Part shown: positions 11,710 to 24,589 of the stretch, piece by piece
Position numbering within the stretch: the stretch's first letter is position 1
Layout: each line of letters opens with the position of its first letter
Position numbers and translations under genes: made by a program
Source: Mobula hypostoma
Lineage: Eukaryota
Assembly (NCBI RefSeq): GCF_963921235.1
Contig: NC_086097.1
Coordinates: 176,578,001-176,642,000, forward strand
Length of the DNA stretch: 64,000 nt
Direction of reading: 5' to 3'
Notes under the pieces: generated by a model
What the model saw: the letters and a program-made list of their open reading frames with translations, nothing else
Databases searched by the model: none
Told to the model about the DNA's origin: nothing

Positions 11710-13345
11710 TCATCATGGAGGGATCAGAAGTCAAAAGGGAGAGCAATTTCAAGTTCCTGGGTGTAAACATCTCTGATGATATATCCTGAGCCAACATATC
11801 GATGCAACTACAAAGAAAGCACAAAAGCAGCTAAATTTCGTAAGGAAATTGAGGAAATTTGTTATATCATAGAGTCATAGGAATGTAGAGCACAGAAACA
11901 TGCCCTTCAGCTCATCTAGTGAATGACAAACCATTTAAAATGCCTAGTCCCATCGACCTGCACCCAAACCATAGCCCTTCATACCCCTGCCATCCATGAA
12001 CCTATCCAAACTTCTCTTAAATGATGAAATTGAGCTCGCATGCACCACTTGCGCTTTCATGACCCACTGAGTGAAGAAGCTTCCCCTCAGGTTCACCTTA
12101 AATTTTTCAACTATCTTCACCCTTAACCTATGACCTCTAGTTGTAGTCTCAGTGGAAAAAGCCTGCTTGCATTTATCCTATCTATATCTCTTGTAATTTT
12201 GAATACCTCTTTCAAATCTCCCCTCAATCTTCTACATTCCAAGAAATAAAGTTCTAACTATTTAATCTTTCTTTCTAACTCAGGTCCTCCAGTCCTGGCA
12301 ACATCCTTGTTAATTTTCTCAATACTCTTTCAAACTTATTTACTGTAGGTAGGTAACCAAAACTGCACAAAATAAATACTTCAGATCTGGCCTCACCAAT
12401 GTCTTATGCAACTTCAACATAACATCCCATTTCCTGTACTCAGTACTTTGATTTATGAAGCCCAATGTGTCAAAAGCTTCCTTTATGACCCTATCTACTT
12501 GTGACACCTTTCTTAATGATTTTCAAATCCTTTTATTCTACCACACTCCTCAGTGCCCTACTATTCACTGTGTAAGACGTACCCTGATTGGTCCTGCCGA
12601 AGTGCAACACCTCGCACTTGTCTGCATTAAATTCTATCTGGCATCTTTTGGCTCATTTTCCCAGCTGGTCCTGATCCCACTGCAAACTCTGATAGTCTTC
12701 ATTCCTGTCCACTACCACCCCAGTCTTGGTGTCATCCGTAAATTTGCCAATCCAGTTAACCACATACACTTGCAAATTTCCACAATGTACTATGGACAGA
12801 ATTCTAATTGGTTGCATCACTGTCTGGTATGGAGCGGGGTGGGGGGGGGGGAGCCACTGCACAGAATTGAAATAAGCTGCAGAAAGTTGCAAACTCAGCC
12901 AGCTGCATGATGGGCACCAGCCTCTCCAGTATTGAGGACATCTTCAAAAGGCAGCATCGATCAATAAGAACCCCTATCACCAAGGACAAGCCCTTTTCAC
13001 ACTGCTTCCATCAAGGAGGGAAGGTTGACTCAGACCTCCCTCGACGTTCCCCTCCATCAAGGAGGAGATGGAGGAGCCTAAAGGCACACACTCAACAATT
13101 GAGGAATAAGTTCTTCCCCTCTGCCATCAGATTTCTGAATGGACATCGAACTCATGAACACTACCTCATTACTTTTTCTTTTTTTCTCTTTTTGCACTAC
13201 TTATTCAATTTGTCTTTTGAAAATATATACAGTATATACTTCATAGTTTCTATTATTGTGTATTGCAATAGTACACTGCTGTTGCACAATAACAAATTTC
13301 ATGACATATGCCAGTGATATTAAACCTGACTGTTTCTGATTCTGA
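11710..13345 (+). mobile_element. Rex1-type LINE, 5'-truncated, with 22-bp TSD
   Basis: FKFLGVNIS.D near the start, RSLKAHTQQLRNKFFPSAIRFLN near the end, and a (TTCTGA)n tail. TSD TATGTGC[T/A]TGCTGTCTTATATG at 11688-11709 and 13346-13367. Confidence 0.85.
11868..12764 (-). mobile_element. CR1 LINE 3' part nested in Rex1
   Basis: VVNWIGKFTDDTKTG..VD...QWDQDQL (ORF 12653-12892) and CR1 3' UTR with (CTATGACT)-type tail. Confidence 0.85.
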
Positions 13346-13844
13346 TATGTGCATGCTGTCTTATATGCACCTTGTGCCATGTGTGACTGTTGGTACTGTG
13401 TTTTACTCCTTGATCCCAGAGGAATGCTGTTTCATTTGGCTGTATTCATGGGTATTCATGTATGGTTGGATGACAATTGAACTTGAACTTCATTGGTCTC
13501 AGTTTTTGAGCTCTGATAGAAAGACTGGCATTTATTCCCGTCTCTAATAGCCCCAGCTTAGCTATTTTATGGGACATTGGGCACTCATGATGTTATTTCT
13601 CCATCAGAGAAATCAGTATATATTGGGCTCTACCCTGGAAGAACATCTCTGTTTTATTTATAAGAGGATCCTGAGCATCCTGCTCCACATGGCTGGTTCC
13701 ATTCCCACTTGATGTTGCTGGCTGTGACTTCCTGCATCGTCCTAATGACTCCCAAAGCAAGCAGGCAACATCTTCTGTCCTGATTTTAGGCTCAGGAATG
13801 TAAGCAACAATTTCAGATAACCCGGCACTCCAGGTTTCCATAAA

Positions 13845-14035
13845 CATAAGAGATTTTGCAGATGACAGAAATCTTGAGTGACACATGCAATACGCTTGAG
13901 GAACTCAGCTAGTCAAGCAGCATCTTTGAAAGGAAATAATCAATCGACATTTGGGCCAAAACATTGACTGTTTATTCCCCTTCATCGATACTGCCTGAAT
14001 GGCTGAGTTCCTCCATCATTTTGTGTGTGTTACTG
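13845..14035. mobile_element. Old fold-back Penelope-derived element with collapsed hammerhead core
   Basis: Inverted arms GAGGAACTCAGC...CAGCATC and GATACTGCC...GCTGAGTTCCTC, related to the Penelope 3' repeat. Confidence 0.6.
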
Positions 14036-15165
14036 CAGGAACTCATCCCACATTTCAACAGTCACAGTCTTTTTCTCTGCTGATAATTTCAAATTATTAT
14101 TCATCTTCCTCTGTTTTCACTGCTTCCCAGTTGCCCTTCCGTTCTTCCTTCATGCTTCATACAAAGCCTGCTCCGTCATTACCTTTATCCCTTAAATCTC
14201 TGTAGTTCCCAGCACATCATTCACCTTCCCTTTTATTTTCCCCTCCTTTATCCAATTTCTTTGCCACATAAAACTTATTTTGTCCTCTAACTGTTTCCAA
14301 TTCTGATGAAAAATCTTTCATCTGAAACATTAACTATGCTTTTCTCTTTGTAGTTGCTGACTGATCTGATGGATATTTCCAGCATTGTCTGTTTTTAATT
14401 TCAGGCTTTTCAACATCTGCAGGATTTTGCTTGTGTATTTCAGAGGCTACAGTAGAGTTAGTAGAGACCATGTTGATGTCACAGCCAAGAAAGCTCATCA
14501 GTGTCTTTACTTCCATTGAAGACTAAAGATATTTAGTATGCCCCCAATGACCCTTACAAATGTTTTTCAATGGACCATAGAAAGCATCCTGTCTAGATGC
14601 AAAACAGCTTCAAAGTACAAAGTAAATTTATTATCGAAGTACGTATATGTCATCATATACAATACTAAGATTCTTTGTCTCGCAGGCATTCACATTAGAG
14701 CAAAAAATACAATAGAATCAATGAAAAACTACAAACAAAGACTGACAATCAATGGTGCAAACCAAGACAAACTATGCAAATACAATTAATGATAATAATA
14801 ACTAGATAAATAAATAATACTGAAAAAGTATTTGTATTTTCACACTGTGTTGATGTGCACGTGTGCTGGTGGTGGTTGTGGAGATGTTATTGCCATTCCA
14901 AACAGACTGGAGTCTGCAAGTGCATTAATCAAGAGTGATTGGCAACTGCTCTGTATGTGGACGCAGCTCAACACATTGCACAAAAAGCTTCCCCTCCATT
15001 CATACTGTCTACACTTTTTGCTGCCTTAGTAAAGCTGCTAGCATAATCAAAAATCCCAGCCTCCCAGAGCATTCTCTCTTCTTCCTCTCCCATTGGGCTG
15101 AAAGCCTGAAAGCATGTACGACGAGGCTCAGGACATCTTCTATTCCACTGTTATCAGAATTTTAA

Positions 15166-15628
15166 AAGCCACAACACCTTATATTCTGTTTGGGTAGCCT
15201 CCAACCTGATGGCATGAACATTGACTTCTCTAACTTCCACTAATGCCCCACCTCCCCCCTCCCATACCCCATCCGTTATTTATTTATATACACACATTCT
15301 TTTTCTCTCTCTCCTTTTTCTCCCTCTGTCCCTCTCACTATACCCCTTGCCCATCCTCCCCCCTCCCCCTTTTCTTTCTCCCTAGGCCTCCTGTCCCATG
15401 ATCCTCTCATATCCCCTTTGCCAATCACCTGTCCAGCTCTTGGCTCCATCCCTCCCCCTCCTGTCTTCTCCTATCATTTCGGATCTCCCCCCCCCTCCCA
15501 CTTTCAAATCTCTTACTAGCTCTTCCTTCAGTTAGTCCTGACGAAGGGTCTCGGCCCGAAACGTCGACTGTACCTCTTCCTAGAGATGCTGCCTGGCCGG
15601 CTGCGTTCACCAGCAACTTTTATGTGTT
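15166..15628 (+). mobile_element. Penelope-like element 3' end, same family as 4694-5903
   Basis: QHLIF.LGSLQPDGMNIDFSNF* followed by a near-identical CT-rich repeat and hammerhead motif. Confidence 0.9.
15533..15570 (+). ncRNA. Minimal type-I hammerhead ribozyme motif
   Basis: TAGTC-CTGACGA-A-GGGT-CTCG-GCCC-GAAA-C-GTC-GACTG; all core nucleotides present. Confidence 0.8.
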
Positions 15629-16459
15629 TTGTATGGTCAGATGGACTCCGGACCTCACAATCTACCTCATTGTGATATTGCACATCATTGTTTACCTACA
15701 CTGCACTTTCTCTGTATTTGTATTAAGAAACAGAAAGCCTACAGCACAATGCAGGTTCTTCAGCCCACAAAGCTGTGCTGAACATTGTGTTATTGTGTTA
15801 TTGTATCCCCTTGTACTGCCTCAATGTACTGTGTAATGAACTGATCTGTACGAACACAATGCAGGACAAGCTTTTCACAGTATCTTCGTACGTGTGACAA
15901 TAATAAACCAATTTTAATACTAATAAGGTACATTACTCATATCTCATACCCAGACAGAATAAGAACAACAGATTCCAACACCTCCCCTCCCCCTGGAAAG
16001 GTTCTGATGAAATGATGGATCCTTGCAAATTTCAGTAGCTTCACAGTCACCATTAATGATACAGGCTGATTAACTCCAGATTTATCTGATTAACAGGGGA
16101 TTCCCTTTTTCTAGATATGGTGAATGGATTGAATCTTTTGTGTCAGATTTAGTGGAAACCTCTAGGATTGCTAATTCAATCATAAAATTATTGCAATTAA
16201 CACAGAAGGTGGCCATTTGGAATTATACACAGTTCAAATAGAATGTGGCTTTCTAAAGCCACTTTAAGCAAATAATAACATATTTGATAGATTAGCAGAG
16301 GAATCCTGATTACGTTGCACCTGACTGTGGCAATGTTATTATTACATCTTCTTTACCTTCACAATGAGGTAGAAAAGAAATGAGGAAGAAATCAGTTCAC
16401 ACCTAGAAAACAGTAAGCTGAGAGCTCCTGTCACATCTACACTGGGTTTTGTTTTGTTT

Positions 16460-17115
16460 TGTTCATTATTATCATGTGTAGCAAGGTACAGTGAAAAGTT
16501 TTTCTTGCATACTGTTCTTGCAGATCAAGTCATTACACAGTGTATTGAGGTAGTACAAGGGGAAACAATAACAATGCAAAAAGAAGTGTAACAGCTATCA
16601 AAGAAATGCAGTGCAGGTTCAGCGATAAAGTGCAAGATCATAATGGGATATCAAGAGGGCCGTTTAAGAGTCTGATGGCAGCAGGATATAGGCTGTCCTT
16701 GAGTCTTGCAGTATATACTTTCAGGTTCGTTCATCTGCCACTCGATGGGAAAGGGGAGAAGATGGAATTTCTGAGGTGGGTAGAGTCCTTTGTCAGGCTG
16801 GCTGCTTTACTGAGGCAGTGAGAAGTGTAGACAGAGGGGAGACTGGTTTGTGCTGTGCTGCGTCCATACCTTTCTGCGGTTTCTTGTGGTCACGTACAGA
16901 GCAGTTGCCATACACACAGTGCTTTTTTATGATACATCGATAAAAATTGGTAAGAGTCAACAGTCACATGCCAAATTTCTTTAGCGTCCTGAGGAAGTAA
17001 AGGTATTGGCGAACTTTCTCGGCTCATTCCATCAATGTGGTTGGAACAGGACAGGCTGTTGGTGAAGTTCACACGCAGGAATTTGAAGCTCTCAATGCTC
17101 TCAACATCAACACCA
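16460..17115 (-). mobile_element. Rex1-type LINE 3' fragment
   Basis: Antisense of ESFKFL.VN.TN.LS and Rex1 3' UTR motifs. Confidence 0.7.
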
Positions 17116-17856
17116 TCCTCTCCTCACTACCTACATTGGATGCTTCTCACATTTCATCACAGTCTGTTCTTGACCCTCCTTCCAGCACCTAAGTTACGGA
17201 CTCTTGTGTTATGGACTCCTTGCTAGCTCATGGCACAAGCATGGTACATGTTTGACTTCCTGGCCAACAAACCCTAATCAGTAATGACAAACAGCAACAC
17301 CCCCATAATAATTGTCCTCAACACTGGTGCCCCGCAAGTCTGCATCTCAGACCCCTACTCTGCTCTCTGTACACTCACTGTACACTCTGTACTCTGCTCT
17401 CTGTACACTCACAGCTGTGTGACCAGATTCTGCTCTAACTCCATCTGCAAGTTTGGGCCACATCATCAATAGTGATGAGTTTGAGTAGGGGAAGGAGATA
17501 GAGAGCTTAGTAACATTACATCATGACAACAACCTTTCCCTCATTGTCAACAAAACAAAAGAGTTGCTTATTGACTTTAGGACAGAGGGGCGGTATACAT
17601 GCTCCTGTCTTGATGAACAGTGTTGAGGTTGAGAGAGTTAAGAGGTTTAAGTTTGTTGGAGTGAACATCACCAATAGTCCCTGCTAGTTCATCCACATAG
17701 TCACTATGACCAAGAAAGCTTACCAATGCCTGTAATTCCCCAAATAGCTAATGAAATTCAGCATGTCGTTAATGACCCTCACCATGTTTTACATATGCAC
17801 CTTAGAAAGCATCCTACTGGGATATGTAATGCTCAGCTATATTGGCCCATATATAT

Positions 17857-18522
17857 CTGGAGAAAATCCTGCCCAGCACCGGCCTGGATGCTTCCCGCTG
17901 GGTCGGTTGCTGTACCACTGCCACCCAAATCAGTTCCAACCATCAATCATCAGCCAGCACACACAGTACGTTTTACCAAGCACACATTATAGATGTTACT
18001 AAGTCTATGAAATTAATATAAGTTCAATACAGAAAAAGAAGGAATGGAAAAAGGCCCCAGACTTATCAAAGTTCAAGTTCTTCGTGCACAAGTTGGAGCT
18101 CAGGAAGTTCTTCGGGACCACCCGGACCCCGTCGACTCACGGCTCGGGACCACCCGGACCCCGTCGACTCGCGGCTCGGGACCACCCGAACCCCGTCGAC
18201 TCACGGCTCGGGATCACCGGAACGATCGACTGGAGCCTTCCCGCACGTCCGTCGTCCTCCCCGTCTCTCGTCCGACTCCCCGCCAAAATCCCTCGTTCCC
18301 AGTCATATGAGACAGCATTATCACCCGAAGAAACAATAACATGAACACCATTGGCTAATAGCACCCTGCTCTCTGTATTAACCCAGGCAAATGTCTAGCT
18401 CGAGACTTTCTCAGCATTTAACATAACATAGAAGCCATTTTATTTCACATACGCAGCAGTTTAAAAGATTAACATAACAAAGAAACCATTTTAAATTTAA
18501 CATATAAAGAAGCCCCGTACAG
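17857..18522 (-). mobile_element. Unclassified LTR-like insertion (666 bp) with CTG...CAG ends and ATATAT flanks
   Basis: CpG-rich block cleanly interrupting Rex1. ATATAT at 17851-17856 and 18523-18528. Minus-strand CCAAT near 18352. Confidence 0.6.
18114..18222. repeat. 32-bp CpG-rich tandem repeat (about 3.4 copies)
   Basis: Unit GGGACCACCCGGACCCCGTCGACTCACGGCTC starts at 18114, 18146 and 18178, with a partial copy at 18210. Confidence 0.95.
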
Positions 18523-19399
18523 ATATATCATGATGAGGCCATAAGGAATTTCAGAGATAGATAAACAAAACCAAGCCTGTCATGAAAACCAGCCTCCTTT
18601 CCACTGATTCTCTCTACACTTTCCATTGCCTCAGTAAACAGCCAATTTATTCAAAGTCACCACTTCCCATGTATCATCTGGCTCAGGCACAACTTGTATC
18701 CTACTGTTTTAGGACCTTTAAACAGACCTCTTGTACAATAAATATAAAATTTGTCTCTCAATCTTCCTATTGTGACCCTTGCATTTTATTTGAGTACCTG
18801 CACTGGATTTTCTCCAAAACTGCAATACTATTCAGATTTGTCTTCTTTTCGTACTACCCTGTTGTACTTATTTATTGTATGGTCTACCTGAATGGCAGGT
18901 AAATAAACCTTTTCATTCCATCTCAGTACATGTGACAATAATAAACAAATTGCCAATAACTACAGCCTGCACTGGTCCCTTTCTGAAAATGCATTTGTGT
19001 CTCTTTTCACTGCCTACAGTGCCATCTCTCCCCTGCTTAAAGTACACCTATGTTCCTGTGAAGCATTCAGTAGCCCTTTACGGATTCCTTCAACAGTACT
19101 GATTAAGAGTCTCAACTCAGATCTGTCCATTTCCCTCCCTCAATGCTGCCTGAGCCATTGAGTTCCTCCAACATTTTGTATGTTGTTACATTTGCTGGAA
19201 CAGGGCTGAAGAAATGATGTACTGTCAGGGTCTCTTCAACGAAATCCAACCCTCCCACCAGCAACTACCCTTCCCTCTCAGATGAGGGCAAGAGTGTCCA
19301 CATTGCCACATCAGAACTCAGTACATTGTGAAACATTCCATAAATAACGTCAGCTCAGGATTAAATGAGTCATTGTTGGGCAGGCAGATGGCTACAAAG

Positions 19400-19715
19400 A
19401 GATCATTGAGCTCGGTAGTACGTGTATTGAGGCTTTTGCATCTTCTGTCTGATGGGAAAGGGGAAAAGGGAGAATGTCTGGGTTGGGTCGGGTCGGGTCC
19501 TTGACTATGTTAACTGCTTTACTGAAGCAGCAAGAAATATGGATGCTGTCCATAGGGTGGAGACTGGTTCCTGTGATGTGCTGGTCTGTGTCCACAACTC
19601 TCTGCGGTTTCTTTGAAGTCACATACAGAGCGGTTGCCATACCAGGCCATGATGCATCTGGACAGAATGCTTTCTATGTTGCATTGATAAAAATTAGTAA
19701 GAGCCAATGGTGGTA
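19400..19715 (-). mobile_element. Rex1-type LINE fragment
   Basis: LTNFYQCNIESILSRCIMAWYGN (ORF 19519-19707). Confidence 0.8.
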
Positions 19716-19799
19716 ACGATCAATCCTTCGAACTCGGCTATTTCCAGTTTTTACCAATGATCCTGATGAACAGATAGGATATGATGTTTTGAAATTTGC

Positions 19800-20240
19800 C
19801 AATGGAAGTAAACTGGAGACTGGCCCTTCAGCCCAACTCTGCCATGCCAGCAAAGGTGTCTACCTGAACTTGTCCCATTTGCCCATGTTTAGCCTACGTC
19901 CCTCAATTTTTCCTATCCATGTATCTGTCCAAGGAACTTTTAAATGTTATAAGTGTAGCTGCCTCTACCAATTCCTCTGGCAGCTCATTCCATGTACACA
20001 CCACCCTCTTCTGAAAAAGTTGTCTTTTAAATCTTTCCCCTCTCACCTTTCACCTTAGACCAATGCCCTCATTTTAGACTCTCCCACTCTTGAGAAATGA
20101 TTGTGATCATTCACTCTATCTTTGCTGCTCCTGGTTTTATAAACCTCTGTGAATTACCCACTCTGTCTTCATCACTCCTGGAAGGGATGTCCCAGTCTAT
20201 CCAGTCTCTCCTTATAATCCAAGCCCTCCTTGAGTAAAGA
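19800..20240 (-). mobile_element. CR1 LINE 3' fragment
   Basis: Antisense CR1 3' UTR and end of ORF2. Confidence 0.7.
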
Positions 20241-21239
20241 AGTTCTGAATTCCCTGTTGAAACCTGACATCTGACTTCTCCCTGTTTTTGCCTTTGTTCT
20301 AGCCCTCTAATGTCCCGAAGCTTCAGCAATTGGTCTAGCACACAGTTGTAGACTATAGCAGAGCCTGATGCAAAGAGTAAGCCCTTTGACGGTCATTCAC
20401 AGCCGAAGTTCAGTTACTCCTACCTTGTTTCATTTAGCCTAGTGTGCATTTGTGTCACTCTCTCTTTCGAAGGAGATTTGCAAAAATGACAATATCACTC
20501 TTTTTTTAAGAATAAAACCCTCAGACATACTTTAAAAGAAAATGCAGGTACAATTGCTACACTGCTAGTTAACGGGCTATTATTAGAAGTGGGTGATATA
20601 TGCCATGTCAGATGGTACAGCTTAGGAAGAACATCAGAGCAGTGATGATCAATGCATAATTCTCAGTGCTTGACACTCTGTATTCATTTAATGAACTGCT
20701 GGTTTTGTTGTTAATTAAGGTCACAATCTCACATCCACACACATATACACATGCAGATAAATAACAAACCCCTGGAGTAATTAAATAAAAATGAACATGT
20801 TGGTAGTTAGATCGAACTTCAGCGAAGCTGAAACCACCATATTCTGATCAAACAAATCCTTTCCTCTCACATTAAAGGACGTAAGATGACTCCTGGTAAA
20901 AGTAGTTTATGAACAAGTGCCACATTAATTAAAATCAATTTGTAAAACTGAAGTGCTGGATAAATTTCTGTTTGGGAATATGATTGGAAGATTAAAGCAG
21001 CATAATTATTAAGGGTGCAAATATTAACCAGTGGGGAGAGTTTCAACATAGTGGAGTGTTAAGTGAAGATCAAATGGGAAAACCAGTGAGTGTTGGAAAT
21101 TAGACCTCAGCTCCTGGACCAAGGGCTTTATTGATTTAAGGGGAAGGAGCCAATCTGCACTAAGGTACTTTTGAAAATGTTTAATAACCAAAGCAAGCTT
21201 GGAGATCACCAGATTTCCCCTTCTGCGGGAATCATAAAG

Positions 21240-22800
21240 TTATAGAGTCATACAGCATGAAAACAGACCTTTCAGCCCAACTGGTCCATTCAGGCTACTG
21301 TAAGTTAGTCCTATTTGTCTACATTAGACCCACTTCCCTCTAAACCTTTCCCACAAATATTTATGTCCAAGTACATTTTAAATGTTATTAATGTATTTGC
21401 CTCAACCACTTCCTTTGGTGGCTCATTCCATATACTGACCACCCTCCAGGTGAAAAAGTTGCACCTCTACTAAATCTCTTCCTTCTCACCTTAAACCTAT
21501 AGCCTCTTGATCCTGATTTCCCAACAGTGGGAAAAAGACTGTGCACATTGATCCTATCTGTTGCCCTATTAATTTTACACACCTCAATAAGATCACTCCT
21601 CATCTTCCTATGCTCCAATGAATAAAGTCCCAACCTGCTCATCCTCTCTCCATAACTCAGTCCCTTTAGTCCTGACAGCATCCTTGAAAATGTCTGTACT
21701 CTCTTCAGCTTCAAACGTTCATTTATTGTCAAAGTATACAACTCTGAAACTCTTAATGCCACTTAATGGCACCTTTTCTATAGCAGAGTGACCATAACTG
21801 AACAGAATGTTCCAAAAGTGGCCTCACAACATAACTCCAATTTATGTATTCATAAATGAGGACTGATAAATACATGAAAACAGCACACACAAAAAGGTGG
21901 AGGAACTCAGCAGGTCAGGCAGCATCTATGGAAATGAAGTAAGAGTCAATATTTTTGGGCCAGGACTGAAAAGGAAGGGCGAAGATGCTAGAATAAAAAG
22001 GTTGGTGATAGGTGGGGTGGGGAGAACATGAATATCCAGAAGGTAAAAGGTGAAGCCAAGTGAGTGGGAAAGGTAAAGGGCTAAAGAGGAAGGAATAGGA
22101 GAGGAGAATGGATCATGGGAGAAAGGGAAGAAGGACAGGGCACCAGGGGGAGCGGATAGGCAGGTGAAAAGAGGTCAGAGGCCAGACTGGGGAACAGAAG
22201 TAGAGGGAAAGGAGAAAGATAAGAAATACTCAAAGGAGAAATTGGTACTCATGCCATCAGGTTGGAGGCTACCTAGACAGAATATGAGGTGTTGCTACTC
22301 TACCCTGAGTGTGACCTCATCATGGCAAAAGAGAAGGCCATGAGCCAACATGTCAGACTGGGAATGAGAATCGGGATTAAAATGGTTGGCCACCCAGAAT
22401 TTCCGCTTTTGGGAAATGGAGTGGAGGTGCTCAACAAGGCAATCCCCCAGTTTATGTTGTGTCTTACCAATGTAGGGGAGTCTGCATCAGGAGCACCGGA
22501 TATAATAGGCAACCCCCAACAGATTTGTTACCTCGCCTGGAAGGACTTTCTGGGGTCTTGAATGAAGGTAAGGGAGGAGGTTAATGGGCAAGTGATCTGT
22601 TTTCCCAAAATGCAACACTTCACACTTATAAAAGTTTATCTTCATTTGTCATTCCTCAGCCTACTTACCCAGCTGATCAAGATCCCTCTGTAAATCCCTG
22701 GATAACCGTCTTCACTGTAAATGACACCACCTATTTTAGTGTCATTTTCATACTTACTAACCATGCATTGCACATTCTCATCCAAACCAATGATATATGT
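21240..22800 (-). mobile_element. CR1 LINE 3' part, interrupted by a Penelope element
   Basis: RVQ.FSRMLSGLKGLSY.ER.SRLGLYSLE.RKMR.DLIEV (ORF 21388-21762); resumes at 22595-22800. Confidence 0.8.
21880..22592 (-). mobile_element. Older Penelope-like element (decayed GIY-YIG and 3' repeat)
   Basis: Antisense of QHLIF.LGSLQPDGM at about 22250-22295 and the YIG.T region near 22470; GA-rich repeat and degenerate hammerhead region at 21945-21970. Confidence 0.75.
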
Positions 22801-22809
22801 AAGGCCTCC

Positions 22810-23740
22810 TTGTTATCTAAAGATGTAAAGGTCAATTTCAAAGAGATGGTGTCTTCAGAGGATTGTTTATAGGCTCTCAAACTGTGTGCAATTCTGACTG
22901 CTCCATTACAAGAAAGATGTGGAGGCTTTGAAAAGGACAGAGGAGAGATTTGTTAGAACGCTGCCTGGATTAGAGAGTATGAGCTATAAATTGAAGTTTA
23001 TTGTTGTCATACTGTGGGTACACATACACATCATATAAATGTATTGAAATTTAGCTTTTTGCAGCAACAGAGTACATTAGAGGATGAGGGTAAACATAAA
23101 TTAGCATAAACATAATTTAACATAAATTATACTTAACTTACTTGATGAGATGAGTGTGAGATGGGATGAGGAAAAGAAATATAGTCCAAGGTCATGTTAA
23201 GATTTTTCAGGTTCGTTCAGGAATCCTATGGCAGTGGGGAAGAAACTGCTGTTGAACCTTGAGGTGTGGGTCTTCAGGATGCTGTTCCCCCTGCCTGAAG
23301 GCAGCATTGAGAAGAGTGCATGACCTGGTTGGATGGGTTCCTGATTGTGAATCTCATTGAACAAATTTGGTTTGTTTTCTCTGCTGATTCGGAGGCTGAG
23401 GAGACATCCGATGTAAGTTTATATAAAATCATATAATTTAAGTAGATAAAGTAGATGATCACGATCTTATTTCCAAGGTAGAAACGTCAAGTACTTAAGG
23501 TGAGAAGGGGAAAAGTTATCTGAGATGTGAGAGTGGTAAGTGTCTGAAATAGCAGCCAGAGAGTGTAGTGGAAACAGATATGACAGGAGTGTAAAGATTA
23601 ACATATAATAAAGCAGGGAATGGAGGGATATGAATTGTGTAGAGGCAGAAGAGATTTTGTTTTATTTGGCATCGTATTTAGCACTGGTATCGTGAACTGA
23701 AGGGCCTGTTCCTCTGCTTTACTCTTCTATTTTCTATGTG
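22810..23740 (+). mobile_element. CR1 fragments interrupted by a minus-strand Rex1 tail (about 22990-23350)
   Basis: CVQF..PLQERCGG-like region (HYKKDVEAL equivalent), then CR1 3' UTR ending GAAGGGCCTGTTCCT...TTCTATTTTCTATG. Confidence 0.65.
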
Positions 23741-24589
23741 AATTCTTCACTGTTCACACACAGAGATGTGGATTGGGTGTTTCTGCTCATTTACCAGATT
23801 CTCCCTTATAGTTTTTCCCCCAAAAACTTTTTTTTAAGACAGCTGTTTCCTGCTTTCCAGTTTCCAAGGCAACTCTCTTAACTAGTCTCTTACAGTGAAA
23901 ATGGTAGCCTGTTCTTCCTCAAGCTCTCTGTCCTCAAGCAAAAACAACAGTGACTATGTTGTCTCACTCCTGCAGAACTATAATTTTTACAATTACTCTT
24001 GTAGCACTTATTCATCCTTACAGGTAAAAACATTTGGATAAGTATATGGATTTGAGATGTTTATAGCGATATAGGGCCAAATGAAAGCAAATGGAACTAG
24101 CTTGTGGGCACCAGGGTTAGCACGGATGAGTTAGGTCAAACAGCCTGTACCATGCTGTATTGCTACTAAACTCTATGACATTATAACTTAAAAAACTCAT
24201 TTTTGTGGAATCATACAGCACAGAAACATGCCTTTTGGCCTATCATATCCATGCCAACCATTTTATCCATCCACACTAACTCTTCTCATTTGCCCATAAT
24301 AGGACCCTCTGTTATTGAAGTGTCTGTCTAAATTCCTCATAATCACTGTATCTGATACCACCACCTCCTTTGTCAGCTGGTTCCAGATATCAACCACTCT
24401 CTTTGTGATAAAATTTGAAGATCTCTTTGAAACTTCCCTCTCAGCTGAAACTTACACCTTTTTGTGTTTTATATCCCTACCAAGGAAAGTAGGGTTAATG
24501 CACATGCAATGATTTGGTACAATGTATTTGGAATAGAGTACATTGGAAAGCCCGTTGTAAAAAAAAAGTTAAAAATTGCTATGTATTGT

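Larger units (their letters stand above)
11070..13492 (+). mobile_element. Non-coding retroposon (AAGATGG start, (TTGAAC)n tail), split by nested Rex1 and CR1
   Basis: Body at 11070-11709 resumes at 13346-13492 across a 22-bp TSD. Its 3' part resembles 53340-53440. Confidence 0.6.
14450..15915 (+). mobile_element. Rex1-type LINE fragments, interrupted by a minus-strand tail (14610-14830) and a Penelope element
   Basis: Contains LTN.F..TIESILS.C and KAASIIKNPSLP.HSLF; Rex1 3' UTR extends to about 15915. Confidence 0.65.
17230..18960 (+). mobile_element. Rex1-type LINE fragment, interrupted at 17857-18522
   Basis: Contains LNTGAPQ.C, DNNLSL.VNKTKELL.DF and FKFVGVNITN; 3' UTR extends to about 18960. 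Confidence 0.75.

Noticed and set aside
18114..18222. 32-bp repeats as a CRISPR array
   Set aside because: Units are head-to-tail with no spacers, there are no cas genes, and the context is eukaryotic.
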